From an uncultured Actinomycetes bacterium (GTDB taxonomy: Bacteria > Actinomycetota > UBA4738 > HRBIN12): a stretch of DNA of 64,000 bases. Location of the stretch: the NCBI GenBank assembly GCA_963831325.1, contig CAWHQA010000025.1, forward strand, positions 79,738 through 143,737, given 5' to 3'. Within the stretch, counting starts at the first letter, position 1; each line of letters opens with the position of its first letter. Positions 12,208-22,369 of this stretch are shown here, piece after piece. Below the pieces are notes generated by a model. The model was not told the DNA's origin and searched no databases. It saw nothing but the letters and a program-made list of their open reading frames with translations. The translations under genes were made by a program, and so were the position numbers.

Positions 12208-13118
12208 TCACGAGAAGGTCGGCACGCTCGTGTCGGTCTCGAGCCACTCGTCCTTCAGCGCGTCGAGGGTGCCGTCGTCGCGCGAGCGCCTCGATCGCCG
12301 AGGTTCACGCACTCGACGAACGGTGTTCGCCCTTCTCGAACGTGAGCCCGAACTGCTCCTGCTCGCCGAGGTCGGGGAACTGACCGACCACGACGTCGGC
12401 GTACCCGTAGAACGCGGTCGGGAAGTCGACCACCACGCCGTCGATCTGGCCGTTCTTCAGATCCTTGAGAGCGAGGTCGAGGTCGTCGTAGACCTCGGCG
12501 CCCTCGGTCGGCTGCACGAGCTCCTCGATCGCTGCGAGGCTCGTGGTGCCGATCGGCGCACCGAGCGTGAGGTCCTGCAGCTCCGCGAGCGTCGTGGCGC
12601 CGATCGCCGGCGAGCCCTCGTTCGCGATCAGGGCCTGGTTCACGTCGAAGTAGCCCTCGCTGAAGTCGACCGCCTCCGCTCGCTTCGTCGGTGATGGAGA
12701 CCTGCTGCATCGAGAAGTCGAAGTCCTTCGGCCCGGGCGCGAACGACTTGTTGAAGGGGACGCCGACCCACTCGACCTGGTCCTCGGCGAAGCCCGAGCT
12801 CTTCGGCGAGCGCGTAGGCGAAGGCGGCCTCGTAGCCCTCGCCCGAGTGCGGGTCGCCCGTGAACCGGCTCGGATTCCCATTCGGATCCGTCGTGCTCTT
12901 GCCGCCGTACCAGGGCTTGTAGGCAGGGTTCCCGGTCGCGATCGTGAGGGTCGCCGTCGTTGACGAGCGGTCGCGTCGGCGGCGCAGCTCGCGGCGTCGA
13001 CGGGCGCCGGCTCCGTCGTGCCGCCGGTCGGTCGGCTCGGCGTCGGTGCTTCGTCTTCGGGCGCGCACGCGGCCGCCACGATCGCGAGCACCGCCAGCCC
13101 GAGCAGGAACTTCCGCAT
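12208..13118 (-). pseudogene. amino-acid ABC substrate-binding lipoprotein (family 3), multiply frameshifted
   Basis: ATG 13118 follows GGGGGAGG, with lipobox LAIVAAAC. The pieces are TLTIATGNPAYKPWYGG (ORF 12640..13068), GFAEDQVEWVGVPFNKSFAPGPKDFDFSMQQVSIT (ORF 12255..13205) and NQALIANEGSPAIG...DGVVVDFPTAFYG (ORF 12305..12643). The tail DGTLDALKDEWLETDTSVPTFS ends at 12208. Confidence 0.75.
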
Positions 13119-13204
13119 CACGCCTCCCCCTGGTTCGGATCGTCGCTCGGGCGGGCGCTCGGCCGCCTCACGCCCAGGGGCGGAGCCTAGCAGAGCCGTT
13201 CGCA

Positions 13205-14018
13205 CTACTTGCGGGGCTCCCAGCTGAAGAACCGCGCCGCGACCGCGAGTCCGGCGAGGCCCCAGGCCGCGACGATCAAGACGTCGCTCCAGTCGAACGG
13301 GAACGCCCGCACGTCACCGCCGGCGTGGCCACCGTGATGTTCCCGAGGAACGCGCCCGTCATCGCGTCGAAGAAGTGCCGCACCGGGAAGATGTCGCTGA
13401 CCGCCGTGATCCACGCGGGAGCGTCGTCGCCGAGCGGGATGAAGATGCCCGACAGGAACAGCAGCGGCAGGATCGACGCGTTCACGATCGGCGGGCGACG
13501 CGTCGGCGTTGGGGATCACGGCGGTGAGCGCAAGCGCCGAGCGCCGCGAAGCTGAGGCCGCCGACGACCAGAGCGTGAGCAGGAACTGGAGCAGCGGCAC
13601 GCCCGTGGGCACGTCGGCCGAGTAGAAGACCACCCCGAACGCGACCGTGATCGCGACGAGGATGAACGCCGATGATCATCGAGTGGAGCACCCGGGCCGA
13701 CAGGTACGACCACGCCGGGAAGCGGTGTGCCGCGCGTGCGCTTCAGGATGCCCTGGTCGCGCTGGAAGCTCACGCTGATCGCGATGTTCGTGTAGCAGGC
13801 CGAGATGACGCCGAACGCCGCCTCTGCCATCACGAAGTACGTGGCGAGGTCGAGCGTCACGCCGTCCGACGACGATGTCGCCGGTCCGAGCAGCGACGTG
13901 AAGATCACGAGGAACATCAGCGGGAACGCGAACGTGAAGAACGCCGACGCCGGGTTCCGCCAGAACGCCTTGTTGGTGTAGCGGACCTGCCGCAGCGATC
14001 ATGGCGAGCGGCGCTCAC
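13205..14018 (-). pseudogene. ABC-2 type transporter permease, multiply frameshifted
   Basis: GTG 14018 overlaps the upstream stop (GTGA). The pieces are VRYTNKAFWRNPASAFFTFAFPLMFLVIFTSLLG (ORF 13516..13917 frame), VFYSADVPTGVPLLQFLLTLW (13205..13633) and NASILPLLFLSGIFIPLGDDAPAWITAVSDIFPVRHF (13276..13485). Confidence 0.7.
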
Positions 14019-14931
14019 TGCGCGGCCTCCTCGCCGCCGCGTGATCTCGAGGTAGACGTCCTCGAGGTCGGCCGGGAGACACGTCGAGCGTCTCGAGCGC
14101 GACGCCGTGCTCGAGCGCCCAGCCGGTGAGCTCGTGGAGCGGCTGAGTCGGGTCGTCGGCCCGGATCTCCCAGCCGCCGTCGGCCGCTCGCTCCTGTCCC
14201 AGCGACGGCAGGTCGAGACCGGCGTCGGCGAGCCGGAAGCGGATCCGCGGCTTGCATCTGATCGCGCCCGGCGAGCGGTTTCCGGGGTGCCCTCGGCGAC
14301 GATCTCACCTCGCGCGATGACCGCCACCCGGTCGGCGAGGTACTGCGCCTCGTCCATGAAGTGCGTGGTGAGGAACACCGTCTTGCCGAGCGCCGGCGAG
14401 GTTCCTCACGATCTCCCACGCCGTTGCGCCGCGCGCTCGGGTCGAACCCCGTCGTCGGCTCGTCGAGGAACAGCAGCTCGGGGTCGCCGGCGAGCGCGAT
14501 CGCCACGTCGAGCCGTCGCTGCTGGCCGCCGGAGAGCTTGACCACCCGTCGTGTCCCGCTTCTCGCCGAGCCCGACGAGGTCGATCACCTCGTCGACTGG
14601 CGCGCGGCGCCGGGTAGTACCCGCTGTACATCTCGACCGTCTCGCGCACGGTGAGGTACGGGTCGACGCCGGTCGACTGCAGCACGATGCCGATGCGTCG
14701 CTTGAGCGCCTCCTCGTGGCGGGCAGGGTCGTGGCCGAGCACGCTCACCTCTCCGTCGGTGCGGCCCCGGAACCCCTCGAGGATCTCCACCGTCGTGGTC
14801 TTGCCGGCGCCGTTCGGACCGAGCAGCGCGAACACCTCGCCGCGATCGACGTGCAGGTCGATCCCCCGGACCGCCTCGACGTCGCCGTAGGACTTGCGGA
14901 GGCCGCGTACCTCGATCACTCGTTCGGTCAT
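14015..14931 (-). pseudogene. ABC transporter ATP-binding protein (DrrA-like, partner of the ABC-2 permease), frameshifted
   Basis: ORF 14305..14931 gives MTERVIEVRGLRKSYG...GPNGAGKTTT. The [33 protein letters not shown] piece is in ORF 14015..14545. The [29 protein letters not shown] piece is in ORF 13917..14378. Confidence 0.8.
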
Positions 14932-14940
14932 CGCCGGACC

Positions 14941-15966
14941 TCATGTCGGTGTCGGGCCCGGCGGAAGCCCGCGGCCCTGGTCCGGCGGCGGCTCACCGAC
15001 GCCGTGCCCTGCCTGCTTGTCGACGAGGTTCGCAGAGCGGCTCGCCCGCTGCGAACCTGCGAGCGTTCTCGACGAAGAGCGAGACGACCCGCGCTCCCAT
15101 CCCTCGACGTCGCCGCTGATGTGGGGCGAGACGATGACGTTGGGCATCGTCCACAGCGGGCTCTCGGGAGGCAGCGGCTCGGTCGCGAAGACGTCGAGCG
15201 CAGCGCCGGCGATCGTGCCGTTCCGCAGAGCCTCGACGAGCGCCGGCTCGTCGACCGTGGCGCCGCGCCCGACGTTGTAGAACCGGGCACGCGGGCCCAT
15301 AGCCGCGAAGGCTGCAGCGTCGAACAGTCCTCGGGTCGCGTCGGTCAACGGCAGCGCGTCGAGCACGTGGTCGGCTTCGGCGAGGCTCCGATGCAACGGT
15401 CGACGCCGAGCACGTCGCCGAACGTCTCGTGGCGTCGCGGGCGACGGCCAACGAGACCGACCGACATGCCGAGCGCCAGCGCACGGGTGGCGGTGGCTCG
15501 GCCGATCGGGCCCGGGCCGACGACCACGAGCCTGGCTCCCGCGAGCCGCTCCGTAGATCGGCCGGACGGTCCACTCGCCGTGCTGTTGATCGAGGATCGA
15601 GCGGTGCAATCCGGTCGCGAACGCGAGCATCGCGCCGATCACCCATTCCGCGATCGGCTCGTCGAACACACCCCGGGCGTTCGTGACGGCGACGTCGCTC
15701 TCGACCAGTTCGGGGAACAGCAGCCCGTCGACCCCGCCGATGCCGACTGGATCCAGCGGAGTCGCGGCGGTGCGGGCCAGGCGTCCGGGAGCCAGGCGCG
15801 GTCGGATCGCCAGACGAACAGCGCGTCGGCTCCGGCGAGGCCTCGCGCCAGCGACTCGGCGTCGGGCGCGTATCGCAGCTCGACGGCCTCGCCGGCCCCC
15901 TCGATGCCGGGAGGCGGCGCGTCGGCGTCGCGCTCCGACCACCACGACGATCGGACGGCCGGTCAC
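14941..15966 (-). pseudogene. D-isomer-specific 2-hydroxyacid dehydrogenase, multiply frameshifted
   Basis: Good segments in ORF 14941..15966 (VTNARGVFDEPIAEWVIGAML; FYNVGRGATVDEPALVEAL...AALDVFATEPLP...VSPHISG) alternate with nonsense. The NAD-binding VVVGPGPIGRATA piece is in ORF 15345..15527, and the VVSLFVENARRFAAGEPL piece is in the 14993..16333 frame. Confidence 0.75.
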
Positions 15967-16333
15967 AGCGGCTTCCTGTTCGAGAACCCGGCGTGCTCAT
16001 CGTGGAACCAGGCAACCCGGTCCTCGCCGAGCCGCCAGCACAGGAACACTCGCCGGCCCTCACGTTCAGCCGGGAAGTCGACGAGCCCCGTCCTCCGGGT
16101 CGCGCAGCAGGATCCCCTCGTCGGCGAGCACGGTGAGATCCGTGCGCAGCGACTCGCTGGGCCGCGAACCAGTCGCCGCCGGCGACGCCTCCGCCGTCGG
16201 CCTGCACGGCTTCGGTGATGCGGGCGCTCGACTCGATCAACGCGCGCCGCGACTCGCGGATCCTCGGAAGCAGCTCGCGGAGCATGGGGAGCGCAGCCTC
16301 GGCGGCGTCGGCGTCGAACAGACGATCGGTCAT
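15963..16333 (-). pseudogene. DUF2203-like small protein, two frameshifts
   Basis: MTDRLFDADAAEAALPMLRELLPRIRE starts at ATG 16333. The continuation SESLRTDLTVLADEGILLRDPEDG and then LVDFPAEREGRRVFLCWRLGEDRVAWFHDEHAGFSNRKPL-stop (15963) are in the two other frames. Confidence 0.6.
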
Positions 16334-17032
16334 GCTGCCTCCAAGGCGTCCACGAGGTCGCGCAGGTCGGAGATGCGCATGCCGAGGTGCTCGGCGTGGC
16401 GGGCGCGCCGATCGATCAACACCGGGAGCATGCCGAGGGCAGCTGGCGGCGCGATATCGAACTCAGGGTTGTCACCCACGAAAGCTGGGCTTCGGCCGCA
16501 ACCCCAGCCCGCTCGAGAGCCAGGCCGTAGATGCGGGGGTCCGGTTTCTCCAGACCCTCGAGTCCGCTGATGACCCGCACCGGGAATCGGTCGCGCACAC
16601 CGAGCATGGCGAGCAGTTCATCGAGCCACGCCTCGAAGTTCGACACGATGCCGAGGGTCACGCCCAGCGGCCGCGAGATCGTCGAGGGCCTCGGGGACAT
16701 CGTCGAACAACACATAGTTGGCCAGGTCGGTGAAGCCCGCGTAGAGCTGCTCGCGGAGCCCGTCGGTGGAGGGCAGGTCGAGCGCCCCGAGCATGCGCTC
16801 GTAGACGCGGAGCCAGAAGCCCGCGATGACTCCGCCGTGAGGGTCCACAGGTCGCCGTCGCGCGAAGCCTCGCTGAATCCACGGCGGACCGCTGCACTCG
16901 CCTCGAGGACCGCATCGTGCGTCGCCTACGGTGACCCGCATCGCACAGGATCCGCGCGAACAACTCGGCGAACGACGGCGCCGGGTGCACCAGCGTCTCC
17001 CCCACGTCGAACAGGACCGCTTCGAATCTCAC
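16330..17032 (-). pseudogene. HAD-superfamily hydrolase, three frameshifts
   Basis: VRFEAVLFDVGETL (DxD-type motif I) starts at GTG 17032, overlapping the coaE stop. The middle part is in ORF 16618..16941. LGIVSNFEAW...GLEKPDPRIY is in ORF 16416..16715. The tail ...HLGMRISDLRDLVDALEAA-stop ends at 16330. Confidence 0.7.
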
Positions 17033-17637
17033 ATCGGCGATGATAGGGCTCGCTCGCGCAGGTCGGCCCAGAGCCGATCGACCTGGGCCTCGAGCGATGA
17101 CTCGTCGCCGTCGTTGTCGAGCACCACGTCGGCCAGGGCGGCCTTGTCCTGTAGCGGCATCTGGGCGACCATGCGAGCTCGCACATCGCTCTCATGCAGG
17201 CCACGGGCCACGAGGCGCGCGATACGGATCTCATCCGACGCCGTCACCACCACCACGAGGGGGAACCCCTCCTCCGCCCCGGTCTCGAACAAGAGCGGCG
17301 AATCGACCACGACCACGTCGTCGGTGTCTGCGTGCGCGGCGATCGCCTCGGCGATGGCGCGCCGGACCTCTGGGTGCACGATCGCCTCGAGGTCTGCGCG
17401 AGCCGTCTCGTCGGCGAACACGACCGAAGCGAGGGCCGCGCGGTCGAGCGATCCGTCGGCCCCGACGATCGCCGGGCCGAAGCGAGCGATCACCGCGACA
17501 TGCCCGGCGGTGCCCGGTTCGACTGCCTCGCGCGCGAGCCCATCCGAATCGATCACCACGGCGCCGCGACCGGCTAGCAGGCGGGCGACCGTGGACTTGC
17601 CCGACCCGATGCCGCCCGTGAGGCCGACCAGCAGCAC
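17029..17637 (-). CDS. coaE: dephospho-CoA kinase
   Basis: 202 aa intact ORF beginning LLVGLTGGIGSGKSTVA, which is the P-loop typical of CoaE. The position next to rpsA is as in other actinobacteria. Confidence 0.9.
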   Translation of the reverse strand: MLLVGLTGGIGSGKSTVARLLAGRGAVVIDSDGLAREAVEPGTAGHVAVIARFGPAIVGADGSLDRAALASVVFADETARADLEAIVHPEVRRAIAEAIAAHADTDDVVVVDSPLLFETGAEEGFPLVVVVTASDEIRIARLVARGLHESDVRARMVAQMPLQDKAALADVVLDNDGDESSLEAQVDRLWADLRERALSSPM

Positions 17638-17663
17638 GCCGCAACGCCGGCCGGCCGCGAGGC

Positions 17664-19505
17664 CTAGTCGGAGCGGCCCTCGCGCCGCTTCAGATCCTCG
17701 AGGATCGCCTCGAGCGAGACTTCCTCGTCGGGCGGCTCCTCGGCTGTCGTGCCCTGCGCCTCGGCAGTGGCCTCCGTCTCGGCTGTGGCCTCCGTCTCGT
17801 CTTCGGCCTCCGCAACGATCGCGTCGTCGGTCACAGGCGCCTCTGCCTCGGGCGATTCGACTGCTGGCGCCTCGACTGCTGGCACCTCGGCTGCATGTGC
17901 CGCCTGTTCCGCCGGCTCTTCGGCCGGAGTTTCGTCAGGCCGCGACTCCGGGGCGGTCGTCTCGGCGACCTGCTCGACCGGGACCCCCTCGACATCGGCG
18001 TGTACGGGCGCCTCTGCTTCAGCGGTTTCCGGCTCTGCAGGCGCAGCATCGATGGCCGCTGACTCTGCTGGTTCGGGCTCGGTGGCGCGCACCGCATCGG
18101 CTTGTGCGACAGCCGCGAGGATGTCATCGGGGATCTGGATGGTCGAGACCATGTCGGGCCCGGGCTCGCGACGGGCTTCGGGCTCGGCCTTGATCTCGGG
18201 CTCGCGCGGCGTGGGCGCGGTGACCTGTCGCATCGACAGGCTCACGCGACGACGCGACACGTCGACATCGATCACCTTGACCTGCACATCGTCGCCGACC
18301 GACAGCACCGATTCCGGCGTATCGACGTGCTCGTGCGAGATCTCGGAGATGTGCACGAGGCCCTCGATGCCCTGAGCGACACGAACGAACGCACCGAACG
18401 GCACCAGCTTCGTGACCTGTCCGGAGATGATCGCGCCCGCCTTCGAGGTGCGCTCGAACTCCTTCCAGGGGTCTTCCTGGGTGGCCTTCAGCGACAGCGA
18501 GACCCGCTCGCGCTCGAGATCGACGTCGAGCACCTCCACCTCGACCTCCTGGCCGACGGTGACGACTTCCTGAGGATGGTCGACGTGCTTCCAGCTCAGC
18601 TCGGACACGTGCACCAGACCGTCGACGCCGCCCAGGTCGACGAACGCGCCGAAATTCACGATCGAGCTGACCGTGCCCTTCCGACGCTCGCCCTTCTGCA
18701 GCCCGTCGAGGAACTTCTTGCGTCCCTCGCTCTGCGACTCCTCGAGGAAAGCCCGACGGCTCAACACGACGTTGTTGCGGTTGCGGTCGAGCTCGATGAT
18801 CTTGGCCTCGAGCTCCGTGCCCACGAACGGGTTCAGGTCACGCACCCGCCGAAGATCGACGAGGGAAGCCGGCAGGAACCCGCGCAAGCCGATGTCGAGG
18901 ATAAGGCCGCCCTTGACGACCTCGATGACCGGACCCTTGATCGTCTGCCCGGAGTTCATGACTTCCTCGATGCGGCCCCACGCGCGTTCGTACTGTGCGC
19001 GCTTCTTCGACAGGATGAGGCGGCCTTCTTTGTCCTCCTTCTGCAGGACCAGAGCCTCGATGTGCTCGCCGACCTTCACGACCTCGTTGGGGTCGATGTC
19101 GTGTCGGATCGAGAGCTCCTTGCTGGGGATCACGCCCTCGCTCTTGTAGCCGATGTCGAGGAGGACCTCGTCTCGGTCGATCTTGACCACGTCGCCTTCG
19201 ACGATGTCGCCGTCGCCGAAGTCATGGAACGATGCCTCGAGGGCCTGGATCAGCTCTTCGGCCGTGTAGTCCTTGCCGTCGGCGGGTGCGGGCGTTGCGC
19301 GCGCCGCATTCGCGGCCGGCCTCGGCTCGGTCGCGGGTGCAGCCGGCGGTGCGTCGGCGGACGATCCCTCGGCAGGTGCGTCGGATGCCGTGTCGACGTT
19401 TGTGTCAGCGGTGCTGGAGTCAGCGGCTGCAACCTCCTCGTTGGAGGCCTCAGGGGCCGCTTCGGTCTCGGTCGCCTCGGGGGCGACCGTCGTCTCATCA
19501 CTCAT
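17664..19505 (-). CDS. rpsA: 30S ribosomal protein S1 with long acidic low-complexity N- and C-terminal extensions
   Basis: ATG 19505 lies 9 nt after AAGGAG. Four S1 domains are present (for example GDIVEGDVVKIDRDEVLLDIGYKSEGVIP). They are flanked by Ala/Glu/Thr/Pro-rich tails of about 80 aa and about 190 aa. Confidence 0.95.
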   Translation of the reverse strand: MSDETTVAPEATETEAAPEASNEEVAAADSSTADTNVDTASDAPAEGSSADAPPAAPATEPRPAANAARATPAPADGKDYTAEELIQALEASFHDFGDGDIVEGDVVKIDRDEVLLDIGYKSEGVIPSKELSIRHDIDPNEVVKVGEHIEALVLQKEDKEGRLILSKKRAQYERAWGRIEEVMNSGQTIKGPVIEVVKGGLILDIGLRGFLPASLVDLRRVRDLNPFVGTELEAKIIELDRNRNNVVLSRRAFLEESQSEGRKKFLDGLQKGERRKGTVSSIVNFGAFVDLGGVDGLVHVSELSWKHVDHPQEVVTVGQEVEVEVLDVDLERERVSLSLKATQEDPWKEFERTSKAGAIISGQVTKLVPFGAFVRVAQGIEGLVHISEISHEHVDTPESVLSVGDDVQVKVIDVDVSRRRVSLSMRQVTAPTPREPEIKAEPEARREPGPDMVSTIQIPDDILAAVAQADAVRATEPEPAESAAIDAAPAEPETAEAEAPVHADVEGVPVEQVAETTAPESRPDETPAEEPAEQAAHAAEVPAVEAPAVESPEAEAPVTDDAIVAEAEDETEATAETEATAEAQGTTAEEPPDEEVSLEAILEDLKRREGRSD

Positions 19506-19658
19506 GGCGGTCGGTCTCCTTCCGGCGCGCGGGGCTCACCACTCGCTGTTTGGGATTGTGCGAGTGGCACGCGAGCGAACCCACGGGCCGTGCACAGGGT
19601 AGGTGTCCAGCGGAAACGCCGTCAAACGGCCGAGGCGCGGGAACGACTCATCGACGCG

Positions 19659-22346
19659 TCAGTGACCCGTCGGGGCGGCGTCTGACCAGTTCCTGCCCCA
19701 GCCCACGTCGGCCTGCAGCGGCACCTCGAGGTCGACGGCGTGCTCCATGACCTGCTTCACGAGCTCGGCGGCCGCCTCGACGCTTGCTTCCGGCACCTCG
19801 AACACCAGCTCATCGTGCACCGTCAGCAGCATATGGCAGCCGAGGTGGGGGTTGTTGTCGAGTGCCTCGTCGACCCGGATCATCGCGACCTTGAACACAT
19901 CGCTGGCGCTCCCTTGGATCGGGGCGTTCAGCGCCTGACGCCTTCCCAGGTCGCGCACGCGCGGGTTGGCAGCCTGTAGCTCGGGAATGTAGCGGCGACG
20001 GCCGAGCAGCGTCTCGGTAAAGCCTTCGACGGTGGCGTGACCCACTTGGCGGTCCAGGTACTCACGGATGCCGGGGAAGGAGGCGAAGTACGCGTCCATG
20101 ATCTCCTGCGCTTCGTCGGGAGCGATATCGAGCCGCTGCGCGAGCCCCCACGCGTTCATGCCGTAGGCGAGGCCGTAGTTCACCATCTTGGCCCGCGAGC
20201 GCGAAGCCGGGTCGACCGCATCGAGTGGAAGGCCGAACACTCGCGCAGCCGTTGCGGTATGGATGTCCGCGCCGCTCGCGAACGCGGCGCGCAGCCCTTG
20301 GTCGCCCGAGAGATGCGCGAGGATACGAAGCTCGATCTGGGAGTAGTCGAGCACCAGCAGCACCTGAGCGCCCGCGCCTTCACCGGCGGAGCCGGGCACG
20401 AAAGCTCGCCTGATCTGACGCCCAAGCTCTGTGCGGATCGGCACGTTCTGCAGGTTGGGGTTCGTCGAGGAGAGCCGGCCCGTGGCCGCGGCGGTCTGCA
20501 CGAACGTGGTGTGCACGCGCCCGTCCCGCTCATCGACGAGCCGCGGCAATGCTTCGAGGTAGGTCGAGTTCAGCTTGTCGAGCTCGCGCCAGCTCAGCAG
20601 CGCGTCGACGATCGGGTGCGCGTCACGGAGCTTCTCGAGCACCGTCGCATCGGTCGAGAGCTCGCCCTTGGGCGTCTTCTTGCCCGGCTGCAGGCCGAGC
20701 TGGTCGTACAGGATCTTGCGCAGCTGGGGCGGCGAGCCGAGGTTGAACTCTTCGCCGGCGTGCGTGTAGACCTCGACCTTCAGCGTGGCCATGCGATCGC
20801 GGACCGAATCGCCCATCTCCTCGAGGTAGTCGACGTCGAGGTGGATGCCGCGAGCTTCCATACGAGCCAACACCGTCGACAGCGGTAGCTCGACGTCATC
20901 GAGCAGTGAACGCAGCCCTTGCTGGTCGATGCGCTCTTCCATGACGGGTGCGAGCAGGGCGATCGCGGCGGCCTCGGCTGCCACCTCTCGCCAGGGCGCG
21001 TCGGAGAAGAGCTGTCCTTCGTCGGGTCGGTCCTGCTCGGCTCCGATGACATCGGTGCCGAGGTAGCTCTCGGCGAGTCCACGGAGCTGGTAGTCGGCCG
21101 ACGCCGGGTCGAGCAGGTATCCGGCGAGCAGTGTGTCGAACGACACACCGGCGATCGCGCTGCCCGATCGGAGCGCGACGCGTTCGAGTGCCTTGGCGTC
21201 GTGCGCCCACTTCGGGGCGCCGGGGTCGGCGAGGAACGCCTCGAGCGGACCGACGCCCTCGAGGGCCGCGTACGCCGCCTGTGCGCCACCGGCGGAGACC
21301 GCGATGCCGCGCAGGGCGTCGTCATCGGCATCGAGACTCACTCCAACCGGCCCGCCTCCCGACCACGTCGAGGGGAGCTCGTCGGCTGCCACCTCGCGAA
21401 GATCGAGCTCGGCGACATCGACCTTGGGCTTCACGTGCCCGATCTCCTGCAGTCTGTCGAACAACGATCGGAACTCGAGCGAGGTGAACAGGCGCCGCAC
21501 CTCGTCGGCGTCCCACTCCCCCATCACGCAATCGTCGGGGTCGACCGGCAGCTCGATACCGGTGTCGATGCGCGCGAGATCCTTGTTCAGCCCGAGCCGA
21601 CCAGCGGATGCCTCGACGTTCTCCTTCTGCTTGCCCTTGAGCATGTCGGTGTTCGCGAGGAGCTCCTCGACCGTGCCGAACTGATTCACGAGCTTCGCCG
21701 CGGTCTTGTCGCCCACCCCCGGCACCCCGGGGATGTTGTCGCTCGTGTCACCCTTGAGGGCCACGAAGTCGAGGTACTGGGCGGGCGTGATGCCGAAGCG
21801 CTCGGTCACAGCGTGCTCGTCGTAGCGCACGATGTCGCTGATGCCCCTGCGGTTGAACATCACGGTGATGCCGGGGCGCACGAGCTGGAAGAAGTCACGG
21901 TCGGCGGTGACGATCGTGGCGTCGATCCCTTCATCGCTCGCGCGCACCGCAAGGGCGCCGATCGCGTCGTCGGCCTCGTTGCCGTCGGCGATGCGTAGCA
22001 CGGGGATACGCATGGCGTCGAGCACTTCCTCGATCAACCCCAGCTGTGGCCGGAAGTCGCCGGGGGTCTCGGGCCGGCCCGCCTTGTAGTCGGCGTCCTT
22101 CGCAATTCGGATGGTCGGCGCTCCGGAGTCGAAGAAGACCGCGATCAGGTCGGGCTTCTCCTCGGCGAGCAGCTTGATCAGCATGCTCGTGAACCCGTAG
22201 ACGGCGTTCGTGACGGTGCCACTCGAGGTGGCGAGCGTGGGCGGAAGCGCGAAGAACGCGCGGTACGCGAGCGAATGCCCGTCGAGGAGGAACAGGCGAC
22301 GACGAGGCGCCTCGGCGACCACGGCACTCGGCTTCGAGGGGCTCAC
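19659..22346 (-). CDS. polA: DNA polymerase I
   Basis: The protein has a 5'-nuclease N-terminus (LFLLDGHSLAYRAFFAL), a central exonuclease-like domain and pol A motifs (DYSQIELRILAH, QGSASD, VHDE). The start could be GTG 22346 or GTG 22322. The ORF start at 22400 would overlap the divergent regulator gene. Confidence 0.95.
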   Translation of the reverse strand: MSPSKPSAVVAEAPRRRLFLLDGHSLAYRAFFALPPTLATSSGTVTNAVYGFTSMLIKLLAEEKPDLIAVFFDSGAPTIRIAKDADYKAGRPETPGDFRPQLGLIEEVLDAMRIPVLRIADGNEADDAIGALAVRASDEGIDATIVTADRDFFQLVRPGITVMFNRRGISDIVRYDEHAVTERFGITPAQYLDFVALKGDTSDNIPGVPGVGDKTAAKLVNQFGTVEELLANTDMLKGKQKENVEASAGRLGLNKDLARIDTGIELPVDPDDCVMGEWDADEVRRLFTSLEFRSLFDRLQEIGHVKPKVDVAELDLREVAADELPSTWSGGGPVGVSLDADDDALRGIAVSAGGAQAAYAALEGVGPLEAFLADPGAPKWAHDAKALERVALRSGSAIAGVSFDTLLAGYLLDPASADYQLRGLAESYLGTDVIGAEQDRPDEGQLFSDAPWREVAAEAAAIALLAPVMEERIDQQGLRSLLDDVELPLSTVLARMEARGIHLDVDYLEEMGDSVRDRMATLKVEVYTHAGEEFNLGSPPQLRKILYDQLGLQPGKKTPKGELSTDATVLEKLRDAHPIVDALLSWRELDKLNSTYLEALPRLVDERDGRVHTTFVQTAAATGRLSSTNPNLQNVPIRTELGRQIRRAFVPGSAGEGAGAQVLLVLDYSQIELRILAHLSGDQGLRAAFASGADIHTATAARVFGLPLDAVDPASRSRAKMVNYGLAYGMNAWGLAQRLDIAPDEAQEIMDAYFASFPGIREYLDRQVGHATVEGFTETLLGRRRYIPELQAANPRVRDLGRRQALNAPIQGSASDVFKVAMIRVDEALDNNPHLGCHMLLTVHDELVFEVPEASVEAAAELVKQVMEHAVDLEVPLQADVGWGRNWSDAAPTGH

Positions 22347-22369
22347 GCTCCGTATCGTAATCTCCGCCC

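Noticed and set aside
14551-16218. Long plus-strand ORFs across the window: 14551..16218, 16931..18193, 18102..19685, 36330..38117, 41072..43189 and 55360..57159. Also the minus-strand ORF 45732..47561.
   Set aside because: These are typical GC-rich antisense open frames. Their composition is dominated by Arg, Ala, Pro, Gly, Asp and His. No motifs are recognisable, and in every case the opposite strand carries a strongly recognisable gene (rpsA, trpB/trpC, dnaE, murC/murG, ileS and others).
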